This document shows positions 12,447 through 25,555 of a DNA stretch of 64,000 nt, piece after piece (position 1 is the first letter of the stretch; each line of letters begins with the position of its first letter). The notes under the pieces are model-generated. The model was not told where the DNA came from, ran no database searches, and saw only the letters and a program-made list of their open reading frames with translations. Location of the stretch: positions 1,136,730-1,200,729 of the forward strand of contig BDGG01000007.1 of the NCBI GenBank assembly GCA_001949185.1, given 5' to 3'. Source of the stretch: Ramazzottius varieornatus. Taxonomy: Eukaryota > Animalia > Tardigrada. The translations under genes and the position numbers were made by a program.

Positions 12447-13865
12447 CCTCCAGGGTGCTGTCCATGTCTTTGGAGCCCACCATAATTACCTGATGGCCCT
12501 CCGTAGTCTCCCCCGTAATGACAGGAGGGACCTCCGTGCCCTTGATGGTCTGCCTGCTTGATGCCCAGATGCCCACACCCATCCCCAAAATTCAACGAGT
12601 GATCTGTAAACGAATAGCAGGATTATCTATTGTCTAAGCTTACACACCATACGCATGATCGAGGTGATTATCGCCTGTTTACAGCCGCTTTTTCTTTCAT
12701 CTGCCTTTCATTTCATCTCGAGGGGAAGCGTGCGAACGAGTGGATTCCAACAAATCACGAATGTCGCTATATTCGGACCTATGTTACGCTCACCTCATAG
12801 CTACGATGTAAGACCTTCCAAAACCTGTCCGGTTAAGTGGGAATTTCATGGTATTCTCGTGCGTGATGCTGTTCCATACCCGCCATGAGAACCACCGTAC
12901 TACCAAACGTATACATCAAAGCGTTTCTAGCATTCTAGCTTTTTTTTCGACAACAAGCAGAAGATCAAAAAACGTTTTGGAGCTAAATTTCAAAATAAAG
13001 CTCTCGAACCGGTTTGCACCTCCGACAGTTAGAAGAAAGGCTAAAATTTATGAAACTAACTGGCGTGGCGATTTGAATTTTTAAGATTAAGGTGCGCGAG
13101 CAGCGGAGACGACTTTGCTGTAGCGGGCTGTAGTTGACAAGATGCAGCGCCATCTCTGTTGTCGAGCTCTTGCGGGGGAGGGGATGGGTGGCTGGTCGTT
13201 TAAAACCCCCCAGTACAAGTTTAAACAAGAAAAAGGTGTATTCCGGACTGAGTTTTGCCTGCGACCTCAGCTGTTGGCAGTAGACTTACTGGAAATTCTC
13301 AGTTTTTGGCGAATTTGGCGAATGAAGGAACAGGTGTCGAGCGCAGGTGTGCAGTGAGCATCAGAACACGACGACACGCACCTAGAAACAGCGGTTCCGT
13401 CACCGTTCGACTTGATTGAATTCACTCGAACGCTGAATAACTACAAGACTGTTTGGTTGACGAGAACTTGCACTGCGTGCATCCAGCCGGTAAACAGGCT
13501 GAACAAAAGCAGTTGGATTGAGCCAATCGCAAATTTATACAGGAAATGGAGAATTTCCAGCAACTCTAGTTGGCACCGTGTTAAGCACGTTCTGCACCGG
13601 GAAGCATTTGTACCAGCGTATCGGTGTGCTGGGCACCAAGAGGACACAGTGTGGGCTAAAGTGTCTGTGTATACTCCTGAAACGTTGCTAAATATCGATA
13701 CTCGAATGGAAAACGAGCCGACCGAGCACCAGTATTCTTGAATAGTCCTAACCCGGCAGGGCTGGATAAATCCGCTAACGAAGCACCAAATACGGTCGAT
13801 ATCAGGAAGCCTCCTGCTTGCTGTACTCCACATCTTTCTTTCCTCACATTTCTGATTTTCTTGTT

Positions 13866-14354
13866 ATGGAGGTACAGCAATTGCTCGTCGGGATAGCGGT
13901 GCTTGGGTTTACCTTCAGTGGACTATACCACACGGCGGAGGGACAATCAATTTCCGACCAACTGGGGAACAGTCCTCCAGCAGCCAATGCTTCGTCAAGT
14001 AAGCCAGTTTTCGTAGCGAACTACGAGCGCCCGTTAGTGCTTTCGCAGTTGGTTTGTAACAAGCTCTAAATATGAACTGTTGCAGATTCAACGACACAGA
14101 CCGCATCAAAGCGGATGTGGGGTTGGGGACCGTGGGGTGATTATGGAATGGGGGACGGAATGCGGGGCTTGCTTTGGGGGTTGACTCTTAGCGGGCATCT
14201 CCCTTCAGCGGCAGCCGCAGCACCGGCACCCGCACCCGCTGCCGTCTCACCGGCAGCGCCATCGCCGGTCTTGCCAGAGGTCTTGCTCCTGTTGTCGGAA
14301 ACGCAATTTCGTCGGCGTCGAGAGGCTCCGGATGTCGGTGGCGCTCTGCTGTGA
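13866..14354 (+). CDS. Secreted peptide precursor, 133 aa (exons 13866-13998, 14086-14354)
   Basis: Signal peptide MEVQQLLVGIAVLGFTFSGLYHTAEG. A phase-1 GTAAG...TTGCAG intron joins in frame to NSTTQTASKR-MWGWGPWGDYGMGDG..., an Ala/Pro linker and an RRRR site. Confidence 0.72.
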
Positions 14355-14942
14355 TTTATTACTTACACCTTCCCGTTGTCAGCTTGACCTTATCCGAATA
14401 TCATGCTTCATGTTAGACCGATACTTCTGACATTTCTAGTACGTCCCGAAGCAGATTTCTACGTGCTGAAGAAGCTGGTGGGTAGGTTGCGTTTGGCAAA
14501 CGCATGCGTCACCGCAACATCACATGACGACGTGCCGTACTGTAGAGCGGCGTTGTGGTTTGTTTTTCTGCGGTTGCCTGAGTCTCCAGAAGTGAATTCC
14601 AAATTCACCGCACACTCCTTCTTAAGCATGTTCCTGTGACGTACTAAAGAAGTGTGACTTATTATTGTCCATGGACGGAAACCGAATACCATAGTTGTTT
14701 CGAACCTTCGCGCTCAACTGGGGCGACGTGCATGGTTGGCCAGTCAGTCAGTCCACAGAAATACCGTTTAAACTGTAGAAAACGACGATTTTTCACTTTG
14801 ATAACCATAGCTAATTGCACGTGACGAAGCCAAAAATTCCAAGTATATCAGGACTAGGTCGGTATGAAGATATCCAGTGAAAATCTCCCGCATGGAAATA
14901 CCAACGGAGCATTGTTTCGAATACTTGATTGCTGGTTCGTAA

Positions 14943-15079
14943 AATGTCGAAAGTGCTTCCCAGCCCGTGATCAAATTTGAATGGTTTGGTGTGTCTAAAC
15001 AAGTTCACTGTGATTGTAGTAATGTGTTCACAACTGCTAGTCAAATTTGACCACGGGCTGTGAAGCACTTTCGACATTG
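14943..15079. repeat. Short palindromic MITE-like element
   Basis: ~36 bp arms TGTCGAAAGTGCTTCCCAGCCCGTGATCAAATTTGA / TCAAATTTGACCACGGGCTGTGAAGCACTTTCGACA. Confidence 0.72.
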
Positions 15080-16940
15080 TAGTGCTTCAAATGGGCTTTT
15101 TAACATCACGTCAGACCTCCTTTTCTTCCAAGGAAGATATCTCATCAACATTGCTTTCCTTGAGCTTCTGGATTGTTTCAGATCGGTCTTAATCGGAGCT
15201 ACTCATCGTCTTTGCATCAGCATCGGTCCGAAGAAGATGATGCAGTGTGGAACGAAGAAGCACCTAACTGCCCTAAGGCGGGCTCCTCTGGCCTTCCATT
15301 TAGCTTCAGTCTCCTTGGCTGCATATGTGCCAAAGCCATAGCACTTATAGCGCCCGATCTACCGAAGCTAAAGAGAAAGCCAGAGAGGCCTGCCTTTCGT
15401 TTCGCCTGGTTTCTTTTTTTGCGCTTGCTGAGTGCATGGCAGGCACAGAACGGAATGGGCCGTCTTATCACTGAAGCTTTCCTTCGGTTTCTACAGTAAA
15501 ACCTAGCAAACTTAAGTCTATGAGACATGAAAGTTCCTGACTTGCACCAAAAAGCCAACAAAAAACCACCAAACAGAACCCAAACGTGTCCCAAATCTGT
15601 TTTGGATGGAGTCAAGGCTTTAGACACTCTCATGACCGGGTACAAGGCCGACAGGTTGAACTCCCTGAGCCGCTGCCCGATATTACAGAAATCACTCCGG
15701 CGCCTTCGAGGAATCCGGCGCTCAGGCAACAATTCGCACTCTTGCTACAAAATAAGCAAGAAACCGCAGCGCACTACTCAATCTGAATATCCCGATGACA
15801 TCAGAGGGCTTCGCACCCCGAAGCCCCTGCCAGCACGCACCTCGGAGTCGGCGCTTCGCGCCTTCTTTGTTCGGTGGACGATAACCTCGAATGGTACCTG
15901 GGTGTGGGTCCCCTGTACCTACAGTCCATGCGTCCCCCGTGGGCAGCGCATTGACTGTAGATAAGCTGAGCAGGCATAAAAATCTCGGATCGATGTCGCA
16001 AGCGCACCTATGGCCACTGGGGCCCTGCATGAATCAAAGCTGTTTTTGCTCTTAGATTTCAGCGAAAACATGTCGACCTTCCAACGCGTCAACATTTACT
16101 AAAAAAGAGCCTTCATGCGCTCGGTGGGTCTTCTCAGTTCCGGCGGTGTTCGGTCAGAAATGTGGGCAATACATGGAAATCAGTATCCTCAGACCCGTAC
16201 ACGTCGGCTTACCGTTCTGAAACGCAAATGTTTCATAAACCATGAGCACTCGTGTTTTTTCTCTCGGGTCCTCTGAATCCCGTAATCAACGTGCGAGCCG
16301 AGGGCGAGGTTTGTGCTTGCGTTTTAAAGCCAGAAGCTTCAAGTATAAAAATAGCTGTTAATGTAGAATGCGGACGGAGGTTACCTATTAATAAAAATGA
16401 CTTATAGTAAGCCACAATATGTTGATATTTGAACAAGGTTTGATAAAATAAGCTGGGCGAGCCGCGGGCGAGCACCTGCCTGCGCCTACCGAATACGTCC
16501 GGTCCGAATTTCGTTGCCGGAACGGATTTCCCATACATATCTCTTAAAACCGAAAGATTACATCAGCTATTCAACCAATATGTGCCTGTGGCCCATATCT
16601 TTTCTATCACGCAGAGTGCTGTTCGTCATACGAAGTACTGGTGTGAACATGGAAAACGTCAGGCTTGGCGAATATTTTCTGTCTGTCTGTACTGTGGGTC
16701 CTTCTGATGCTTAATCAGTGCGGTCCTCCTCGTACCACTGTGTACCTCAGAAACAGACGTACATGTTGCCGATCGCGACGACCGAGCGTCCCAGATATCT
16801 TCAGTTGTTTATTGTGAGCCAATAATCGACTGGCATCACCAGTTTTCAAAAATTTCAGTCGGCGATTCCATCATTAGTTTCTGTGCAACTGCAGGCCGTT
16901 TTCACCAAACCAGTGACCACTGTGACGCAGTTTTTACTAG

Positions 16941-18319
16941 ATGGTAGAAACTTACGTTTTACTTATCCGGCTGATACCATTCTCAATTATGCCTTTCCTA
17001 AAGGGTGAAACGATAACTGCCGAGATAGTTGTACTTGGTGAGATCCCGCCGAAAAGTATTGTTTTACTGGCAGTACAAGGCCCAGCGGTAGAGGATGTAC
17101 GGCAGCGCTACGCTGAAATTATTTTTGTCCAGACGCATTTGCTGTCTCTTGAGCATTGTCCCGCTGCGGTTGACAGTTTGGAATACCGTTTATCCAGTTG
17201 GTACTACGGACGGTCATTCATTCCCAACGTTACTGTAGTGTTGTCTCCAGGTGAAACTTGTCTGCTCCCTATGATCAATTTCTTAGTGTTGTCACTCCAC
17301 GATTGACCTTTACAGCCAGAGTGTACAACATGCATCCCTGCCAGTGCCAATTTTATATAACTGATTGGTTTTTAAATCGAGTTGCAGTACGGTAGTCTTG
17401 TGCACACAACTTCCGATCAAAATTTCGCTCTCGTAGTGATGCATTTTGTGACATATATGTACGCACCGTATCCCACACAAACTTCACGCCGATCTTTAGG
17501 TATGTGTGCCGGCATCCCGCAGAAGCTGAATCAGTGGGCTACTAACCATAATGTTTTGGTCCTGACTACGTAAATCCATTTCGTGACTAACTAGTTAATG
17601 ACTAACTCCTGACTACGTAAGCTCATTTTGTAAATTACTTTCCCTGGCTGACGGTGCGTCGGTGTCATAGGGTTGGGTTTGACTCTTCAGTGCGGAACCG
17701 GTGGCAGAGTCCTGCATACATTACCCTCACGCTCCCTTCACTGAATATGCCGGAGTTCTACGGCCAACTATTAACTCGGTACAAATGGACCACAGTGTTC
17801 GTGGTGGCGGAATCTAGATCTCTACTGGCATACCCCGGCAACCTGGAACGCTTTTTGACCGGAGCAAAGAGGGTGGGTACTCAGTCGACAGCGATGACCT
17901 ACGATGCACCCGACAATGGCAGCGAAATCCTGGATATCCTAAACAGATTTGCTGGTCCAAACCAAGGTACTGCGAGATGTAGTGATCTATCATTCCGGCG
18001 TGCACTGACCCGACTTTTTGTAGTGCTGTTTTTCTTTGGATACGCGCAACTTTTCCGAAGTTTTGTGGTCTGTTCTTAATTCTCTCAGTTCTGGTTCACT
18101 GAAAGATCAAGTGTAAAAGCGTCTTTCGTTTTCCAGATCAAAGCAGCGCAGCTGAACATGACGAATGGCGAATACGTATGGTTTCACTTCTTCAGTACTG
18201 TATGCTCATAGTCCACTATACCTTGGCGAATTTGCAGATCTACCTCACATTGGATTACTTACCACTCCCGGAATTTTATGGATCATTTGTGCCGGTGTAT
18301 AACGATACGCTTGACGATG
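16941..18319 (+). CDS. ANF-receptor-type (receptor guanylate cyclase-like) extracellular ligand-binding domain; 3' part not found
   Basis: Signal-like N-terminus and spliced exons ...VVLSPG/MC, LLTRYKWTTVFVV, VLFFFG...FRSFV, IKAAQLNMTNGEY, IYLTLD typical of this domain. Donor at ~18319 has no recognisable next exon. Confidence 0.7.
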
Positions 18320-18690
18320 TAAGTGTGCAAAGTGGCAGTCTAGCCTGCTCGATTCCAAAAACCCGATAACCGTTTTTCCACCAACGCTGCTCCTTGCTTT
18401 CGGAGTTCTGCGAAATAAAATAGAAACGAGGCGTCATAAACTAATGTTTCTGTGGCTAAGACTCGGCCCACCCTCGGTTTCTCAGTGAAGCTGAGGGCTC
18501 TGGGAGGTAAACCCGATGTGCTGGATGTTGCTCCAGCACAAACCATAAAAGAATCCAGAGGGTTCTCTAATTTCTCCCGATGGGGAGGTGGAGCCTAATC
18601 GGAATGAGTTTTTGATTGGTCACCTGCTCGCTTGCGGCGTGCTGACTTTCGTGAAATTTCGTTTTCCGAATTTCGGTCGTGGTCAGAAGC

Positions 18691-18826
18691 ATCGCTGGAA
18701 AAAAACATCATCAGCGTCACAGAGCCTTAGCTGAGCGAATCAAAGCGCTAACGCCGCCCCTTGCATGAGCGGTCTGACGCAGATGCCCTGTGACGTCAAT
18801 TAATGATGTTTTTTTTATCCAGCGAT
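18691..18826. repeat. Degenerate inverted repeat/MITE relic
   Basis: ATCGCTGGAAAAAAACATCAT..GCGTCACAG is mirrored by CTGTGACGTC..ATGATGTTTTTTTTATCCAGCGAT. Confidence 0.55.
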
Positions 18827-20262
18827 ACCTCTGATGGTGGTGCGACATTTGGGTATCTCCGTATGAGAATGCGTCCAAAGTGTGTCTGACCACATTGTTC
18901 AGGAGAACGGTTTAAAGTTTGTGGACCCTAAAGTCTCACTGTAACGAGATTTACGCCTACATCAAACAGATCCCGAGAAACACGAATCTGAAGTCAGGAT
19001 TAAGTTCCTACCACAGATCAGAAAGTTACTAGCGGCAACCCAAAAGAGCGTGAAGATTGTGTGGTGCATAAATCGGCACGCATGACGGTCAAATACGATT
19101 TGCGCAGCTGTTCTCGATCGTTCAATAAAACACCAGCTTTAGTCGCACAACATGCATCGGACGTGGTCGCTGATGCGCGTCTCCGGCTGGAGTGCGTTGC
19201 CGACGCTAAGACTGCCCCTTAACACCCCTGTGGTTTCTGATTTATTAGCTCGAATCTTTCAACCGTTCTCTCTGGTTTCATTACCGCGGCAAATGCGGCA
19301 AATTGAACCTATGGTACGGTTCCCTATTCCAAAGAACTTGATGTTATAAAAAGCCAATTGCGAGCGAAAATGCTTTGGACACATTCTCATATGGGGATAT
19401 TGTTTTTCTCCATCTTAACTCGCATGGCAAACTATCTCATTATGTGACCGTCATGGAAATCTAACTTCATGAGAAACGAGCGCTAAAGACAGGAAACGAC
19501 CGGAGAAAGATCGGATCGGCAAATTTGACTCGCTGCATCTTCTACGCTCTTCACTGAAAGCTGGAGTTCGCTGTGTAGTGCCGGAACCGATTTCCAAGGT
19601 ACAGCCTGCTTTCCAGCAGCTGAGATTTTTCGGCCAGCATTAGGCTGGTCTCGGATAAGATAGGATAACAGTTTTTGTTCATTTCTATCCGCGGTTGAAA
19701 AGAATGAATAAGGACGGATGAAAACAGAGAAAAACCACGGTACTGCGGTATCCTGTGACATGGCCGTGAATATTTTTACGGGCATGAAACGTCGTTGCGC
19801 AGAACCATCGAGGGAGTACAGTAGTATTCTTCCATAATCTTCATTCTTAGACTGGAGGACTTGCCTCGGTTATTGCATTCCCCACCGCAGAGCTTTCTTC
19901 CTCGACGTTGCTAAGATGATCCTTACAGCCGCGAAAATGACTTTGTTTGCCCTAAGTGTGCCGTCTATCCCGAGCTATACGAGTCATTTATGTTTCTGCC
20001 TGCGTTTGATGCACCAGAAGGCGGTACTTTTCCTTTCCCGAGTGCCGCTCCCTGGAGTAATCGAGGTGCACGTGAACCAGAGGAGCCGGAAGCACTCGGC
20101 TGGCGAACTCCATAGGAAGCGCGTCGCAACGACTTCGAGTCTTGATCACTTGTCCAGGCAGCCGGCCTGATCCGACAGCGATGTTGCCAAATACCTCGTC
20201 GCATTGATTTCACTGAACGTTATTTTCACTCGGGACTGAGGTCGACGGGTCAGCTTGGTCCA

Positions 20263-21269
20263 ATGCATCTGTGCGGAAGTTCTAGTTCATTGGAAATGCT
20301 AAACACAAGTTTTCGATCAGACGGTGTGTTGCCGGTTACCTTTCTTCGGTACTTGTGGTTGTGTGAACTATATCATCCGACAAGTCCACAAGATAGTAAT
20401 GATAACAACGCTAGAGCTTCAGGATTTTTTTTACGTTCGGAAAATACAATTCTTACGCATTAGCCACTTTCATGAGTGTCTCGGCAATTATTGGCGTTCC
20501 AGAGTACTTCATTTATTACATGCGGGAAATTTCTACCTTGGACTTTTTCATCCTGGTCCGGCTGAAAAACCATGCTTCGAACATTATTCAAGTGTACTTC
20601 ATCTTCTCTGTCCTCTTCAAGTGCCGGAAAAAGATCACCGACTTTTTCAGAGCATTCGCGAAATTTGGAATTCCCGCTGTCATAACCGAAAGCAAAGCAG
20701 ACGAGTTGCGAGGACGCTTTTCTTTTCCGTGTCACTGCTGGCCCTATCTTTATTCTACTGAAGCTCTCAGCAAACCGCTTGGCTTGTTCGGCAACATGGT
20801 CTCAGCATTCAGCATTCAGCGATTCCTTATTTGATTGCAATCATTGCGGATATGTCTTCGCAACTGTCTTATATTTTGCCGATTTTGGGCATAGCTGCAG
20901 GCTTTCGCGGTGTCCACGTGCGTATCAAAAATTCAGTTACTTCCAACGCCGACTACAAAGGTCCTGTCAAAAGCACTGGGCGAAGAGATGCAGAACCCTT
21001 CTTTTCTTCAACACTTGGTGCGAAAGTTGAATAACACATTCGGGTTCCTCATTTTGCTGAACTGTATTCGCGATATGGTCGCTGTGGTAGGAATCACTGC
21101 ATTGGTCTTGCAAGTCCCTGACAAACAGGAGTTCGCGGAAAATGATGCCGCCCACGCAGCACGAGTTGAGATTAGAGTACATCAGAACTACTGAGACTAT
21201 ACTATTACCGTCATTACTCTGGCTAATGCCGGGCTGAGGATTGGGGCCTGCTTATATTGCAACTGGACT
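20263..21269 (+). pseudogene. Gustatory receptor pseudogene, exon 1 (N-terminal part)
   Basis: LWLCELYHP, ISTLDFFILVRL, NNTFGFLILLNCIRDMVAVV and RIGACLYC align with exon 1 of 32583-35394. Frameshifts, a deletion and TGA at 21192. Ends at a GTGAG donor in the homologous position. Confidence 0.85.
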
Positions 21270-21355
21270 GTGAGAGCACACCATCAAAATTTACCTTTTA
21301 AGTCAATGTACCTGATAGTCAACTCTGCATGTCCATCGCCGAATTCTGCCTAAAT

Positions 21356-23272
21356 CCTTTCGCCGAGTTCTGCCTAAACTTACATCGACGCGGCCTGTGA
21401 TTTCGAACCGAAAATTCGAACGAAAAGCAACGAAGTCTCTCTCTTCCCCCCTGCAGGTGGCGCTACGATGGACAAATCACTTCCTATTATAGCGACAGAT
21501 GAGAGTAGACAACAGGCCACAGCAAGACCAACGATAAACGGCCCGGATCCAAAAAACGCCTGTTTTCAAACATCAGATGGCTCAAAATTCGAAGGAAAGA
21601 AACACAGAAAACGCTATCTTCATTCTGTCAAGAACAGCTCTTTCTGTGTCCGAAAACAGGCAGTTCTGGAACACTGATTAGTGTTTATTGTATATTAGAA
21701 AAGCTCTGAACTGGCTGTTCTTTCGAGTAAAAAAACAGGCTTACTTCCGGCACAGACTGGACTGTTTTTCCTAGCTGAAGCAGAGATGAAAAACATGATT
21801 TCTGATAGAAAACTTAATTTCACCGAGATGCAACCAAAACCGCGCTAAACCTCGTGGAACACTACAACACGACGAGTCTGCGACTGCACAAAATATAGCG
21901 AAAAGATCATAGAAGATTAGAGGAAGCCATGCATAGGAAAACTGGAGATCGTGTATCNNNNNNNNNNNNNNNNNNNNNNNNNNNNNNNNNNNNNNNNNNN
22001 NNNNNNNNNNNNNNNNNNNNNNNNNNNNNNNNNNNNNNNNNNNNNNNNNNNNNNNNNNNNNNNNNNNNNNNNNNNNNNNNNNNNNNNNNNNNNNNNNNNN
22101 NNNNNNNNNNNNNNNNNNNNNNNNNNNNNNNNNNNNNNNNNNNNNNNNNNNNNNNNNNNNNNNNNNNNNNNNNNNNNNNNNNNNNNNNNNNNNNNNNNNN
22201 NNNNNNNNNNNNNNNNNNNNNNNNNNNNNNNNNNNNNNNNNNNNNNNNNNNNNNNNNNNNNNNNNNNNNNNNNNNNNNNNNNNNNNNNNNNNNNNNNNNN
22301 NNNNNNNNNNNNNNNNNNNNNNNNNNNNNNNNNNNNNNNNNNNNNNNNNNNNNNNNNNNNNNNNNNNNNNNNNNNNNNNNNNNNNNNNNNNNNNNNNNNN
22401 NNNNNNNNNNNNNNNNNNNNNNNNNNNNNNNNNNNNNNNNNNNNNNNNNNNNNNNNNNNNNNNNNNNNNNNNNNNNNNNNNNNNNNNNNNNNNNNNNNNN
22501 NNNNNNNNNNNNNNNNNNNNNNNNNNNNNNNNNNNNNNNNNNNNNNNNNNNNNNNNNNNNNACAGACGTTCCTTTCCGACTGCAATTTGGAAGACCTGCG
22601 TACAAGAAGCAGACATCAGTCACCAGGCAGCCAGAATCCGCGCCAGTTCATATCTGAATTCTATCAACCTAAAAATGATTGACGCTATGCGTCAGACTGC
22701 TTACTTGATGGAACCGCGAGCTCGCTCGTCAGATCGGCTCTCCGTCCTGATTGGTAATAGTTCATGAGACCCTTGTCCGTTTCAGGAGTAGCCGTAATAC
22801 TTCTGAAAGCAAAACTGCGGTAGAAGTAAAAGCAATTAATCAACGGTTATCATAACCAGCTCAACCAAGCCTGCATACATCTCCAAACGGCATAGTCTGC
22901 AGATTCTTCGGCTCATGGTCAAACAAGCCCTAATCTCTAGCCTTAAGAAAGTAGGATCTTTACCTTGAGGTGGATGAACCGAGCTCGGGCGAGAACACGC
23001 GAGGCGACGGGAACAAACGAGATTACCAGAACGGTAGTTGGACTCCATTCCTCCGGTTTTTATCGTGCCCATCGGTCGGACAGGGCATTCTCAGCTCCAG
23101 AGCAAAGTCTTGTCATCTCGCCAAGCCATACACAAAACACAGCTTATGGAAGTTGGTCAAGAAAGTGATCGATTTCTGCAGAGCAAAACGTTCCAGGGAG
23201 CAAAATTCGGAATGGCCGCTTGCCCGAAACAGAAGTGTTGAATCAAGCCAGGCTCGATCGATTCAAGCCAGG
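21356..23272 (+). repeat. ~2 kb unclassified repeat, copy 2 (contains N gap 21958-22561)
   Basis: Inverted near-identical copy of 9194-11334. Confidence 0.92.
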
Positions 23273-23638
23273 AAAATTTCCAGCTGTATGACTGAGGCCC
23301 CGCCTCCATCCTTATTTTGTTTGACATGCGCTTTCTCAGCGCGTACGACCGAACTGCCTCAAAAATCAGCCACAAAACAAAAACAAGCCACATGATTAAC
23401 TACAAAGTCGCTCTGCTTTGGTGCAGCAGTGCGCGACTGAATCGTGCCATTTTAACCGGGCGGCATGCTTGGCGCCGCACATCCTGCTTACTGTTTAAAC
23501 TGTCAGGCTGACCGATGAAAAAGCAAGGAAGTCGGTGGTAGAGCTTGATGGCCATGGGTTAATCTCCCAGCAGCTGTTCTACAGTACTGTACATGTGAAG
23601 CGAGGACAACTAAAAGCAGCTTGTAAGTTGTAACTGCA

Positions 23639-23645
23639 TATAAAG
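23639..23645 (+). promoter_or_regulatory. Candidate TATA box of the Gly-rich gene
   Basis: TATAAAG ~125 bp upstream of the ATG at 23766. Confidence 0.4.
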
Positions 23646-23765
23646 CGGTGCAAGACAACGCTACCCGGTAGTCTTAACTGGCAATTTCATTTTCTTGGCT
23701 AAAGCCTTGCAAGGTCACTTCGCTCCCTTCTAATAGACTCATTTCTGTTTCACGCCCTAGCAAAC

Positions 23766-24592
23766 ATGTCGTCTGGACACTATGGTGGTTCCTCTGGCGG
23801 CTACGGCGGATCTCACGGGGGAGGTAAGTTTCTCAACGTTGCACAACGGGCGGAAATGGAGATACATTTGGAAACTCTTCTTCTTTGGAGATCACTCGTA
23901 CGGAGGTAGTTACGGTGGTGGTTACGGTGGTGGTCACGGAGGAATGGCGCACTATACCGAACCTAACCGTGGATATGGCCATCTAGCCCACCAAGGCGGC
24001 GGATATGGAGGCTCTTCTGGTCACCACGTAGGTCCATACGGTGCCAGCCATGGATCAACTGGCCACTACGGTGGTATGCCCGGTTCACACCATGCTGACG
24101 CTTATTATACCGACCAAAACCGCGGATACGGCAACCTCAGCCATCAAAGCCATCAAGGCGGCCAGGGAGGCTCATCCGGTGGATACGGTGGATCGTCAGG
24201 CGGGTATGGTGGATCGTCTGGACAGCAGGGCGGATACGGTGGCCAGCAGGGTGGAGGCTATGGCGGATCGTCTGACCACTACGGAGGAACCCAAGGAGGC
24301 TATCAAGGCCAAGGTGGATATGGCTACTCGTCGAACCGGGACCGAAGCTACGGAGGTCCCACTAGAGGATACGGCTCGTCTTCTGGACACTACACCAGTT
24401 CTCAAGGAGGACAGCAGGGCGCGGCTGGTCAGTACTATGGAGGAAGCGACTCCTCTGGACACGGCTATCGTGGACAGTACGGTAAGCTGATTACTTGTAC
24501 ACTGCAGACTGCAGCCTTGAGAACTTTGTGTCCGATAAAACAGATCTTGATGGCGCTTTTTCCTCGTTGCAGATCACGGTCGCAGCCATTAG
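23766..24592 (+). CDS. Gly/Tyr/Ser/His/Gln-rich low-complexity protein, 222 aa (exons 23766-23823, 23891-24481, 24573-24592)
   Basis: Kozak-like CAAACATG. Two phase-1 GTAAG..AG introns keep the frame, MSSGHYGGSSGGYGG...DHGRSH*. Repeated GGYGGSS motifs; no signal peptide. Confidence 0.85.
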
Positions 24593-25555
24593 AAAACTCC
24601 CCCTCCCGTTTTCTGAATTGTGAGGCTGGATAATTTTCATTCTACTGTCTTTGAACTCGCATCTATTTTTCTGGTTCGTTTCACGCTGTGATTTTGTGAA
24701 CTTGTCGAGCGCACCACTGTCTTTTGCATTTTCTAAGTGTGGTTGAAGTGTTGAGTGGTGGTATCGAGTGCCGGAGGTCGATTGGTATGTGTGCAAAACA
24801 TGTTTCTAAGTGTTGATATCATGTACATAAAAATACATGACGGAACTTTCCCATATTAACAAACAGTCGGAAAAATCCTCTGGTTATAAATATCCTGTTT
24901 GCCCGCTTCCTTACCAGCTCCGGGCTGACACGGATGAGACAAAAATACTTTGCAGCAGTTTGGCAAATAGTTTTGGACCCTGGCATCAAAACGATGGTCA
25001 CCGTGTTGATGTTTGAGTCCAAGTGTTTTTTTGCATAGGTCTGTTGTGGTGTTCAGAACGTAGAACCGCTTGAGCGAGGTCACAGTGCTGCCACCTAAAG
25101 AGCCACTGCCCTGGTCAGCATACCGTACCGCCGACCCACTCATTCCGGCGCATGGATGATGATGCGTACCAAGTAAGTATGTGCTTGTCGCGCCCTTCGC
25201 TAAGCTGTGGACTTGTCACGCACCACCATACAGGTGAGGGGAGGATACGTGCACATACAACATAGGGTTGGAAGCCATCAACACTGCGTCGGCCTCGATT
25301 CGTAGCTTAGCTTGTTGCTGTGTTCGGCTTAGCAGTTGATTGATCGAACAATCATCTCGATTCTGAATTGTAACTCACTGTGATAGAGCATACGTGTGCC
25401 TATGCTTCAGCAAAAGGGTGATGCAGTCGGGCTGTCCGAGAGAATACCCCGCAGTGCCGGGAAGGAGTAAGAGGAAACAGTTCCTGGCTTTCCGGTTGTC
25501 CGTAGAAATCTATCCATGGACATCATCGTATGTTCTTTTGGACTGATATTCAGCG

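Noticed and set aside
13412-13833. Overlapping 109-130 aa ORFs on both strands
   Set aside because: No motifs or splice support; they lie upstream of the peptide gene.
15060-16030. Cluster of 100-170 aa ORFs
   Set aside because: No consistent exon model or family could be supported.
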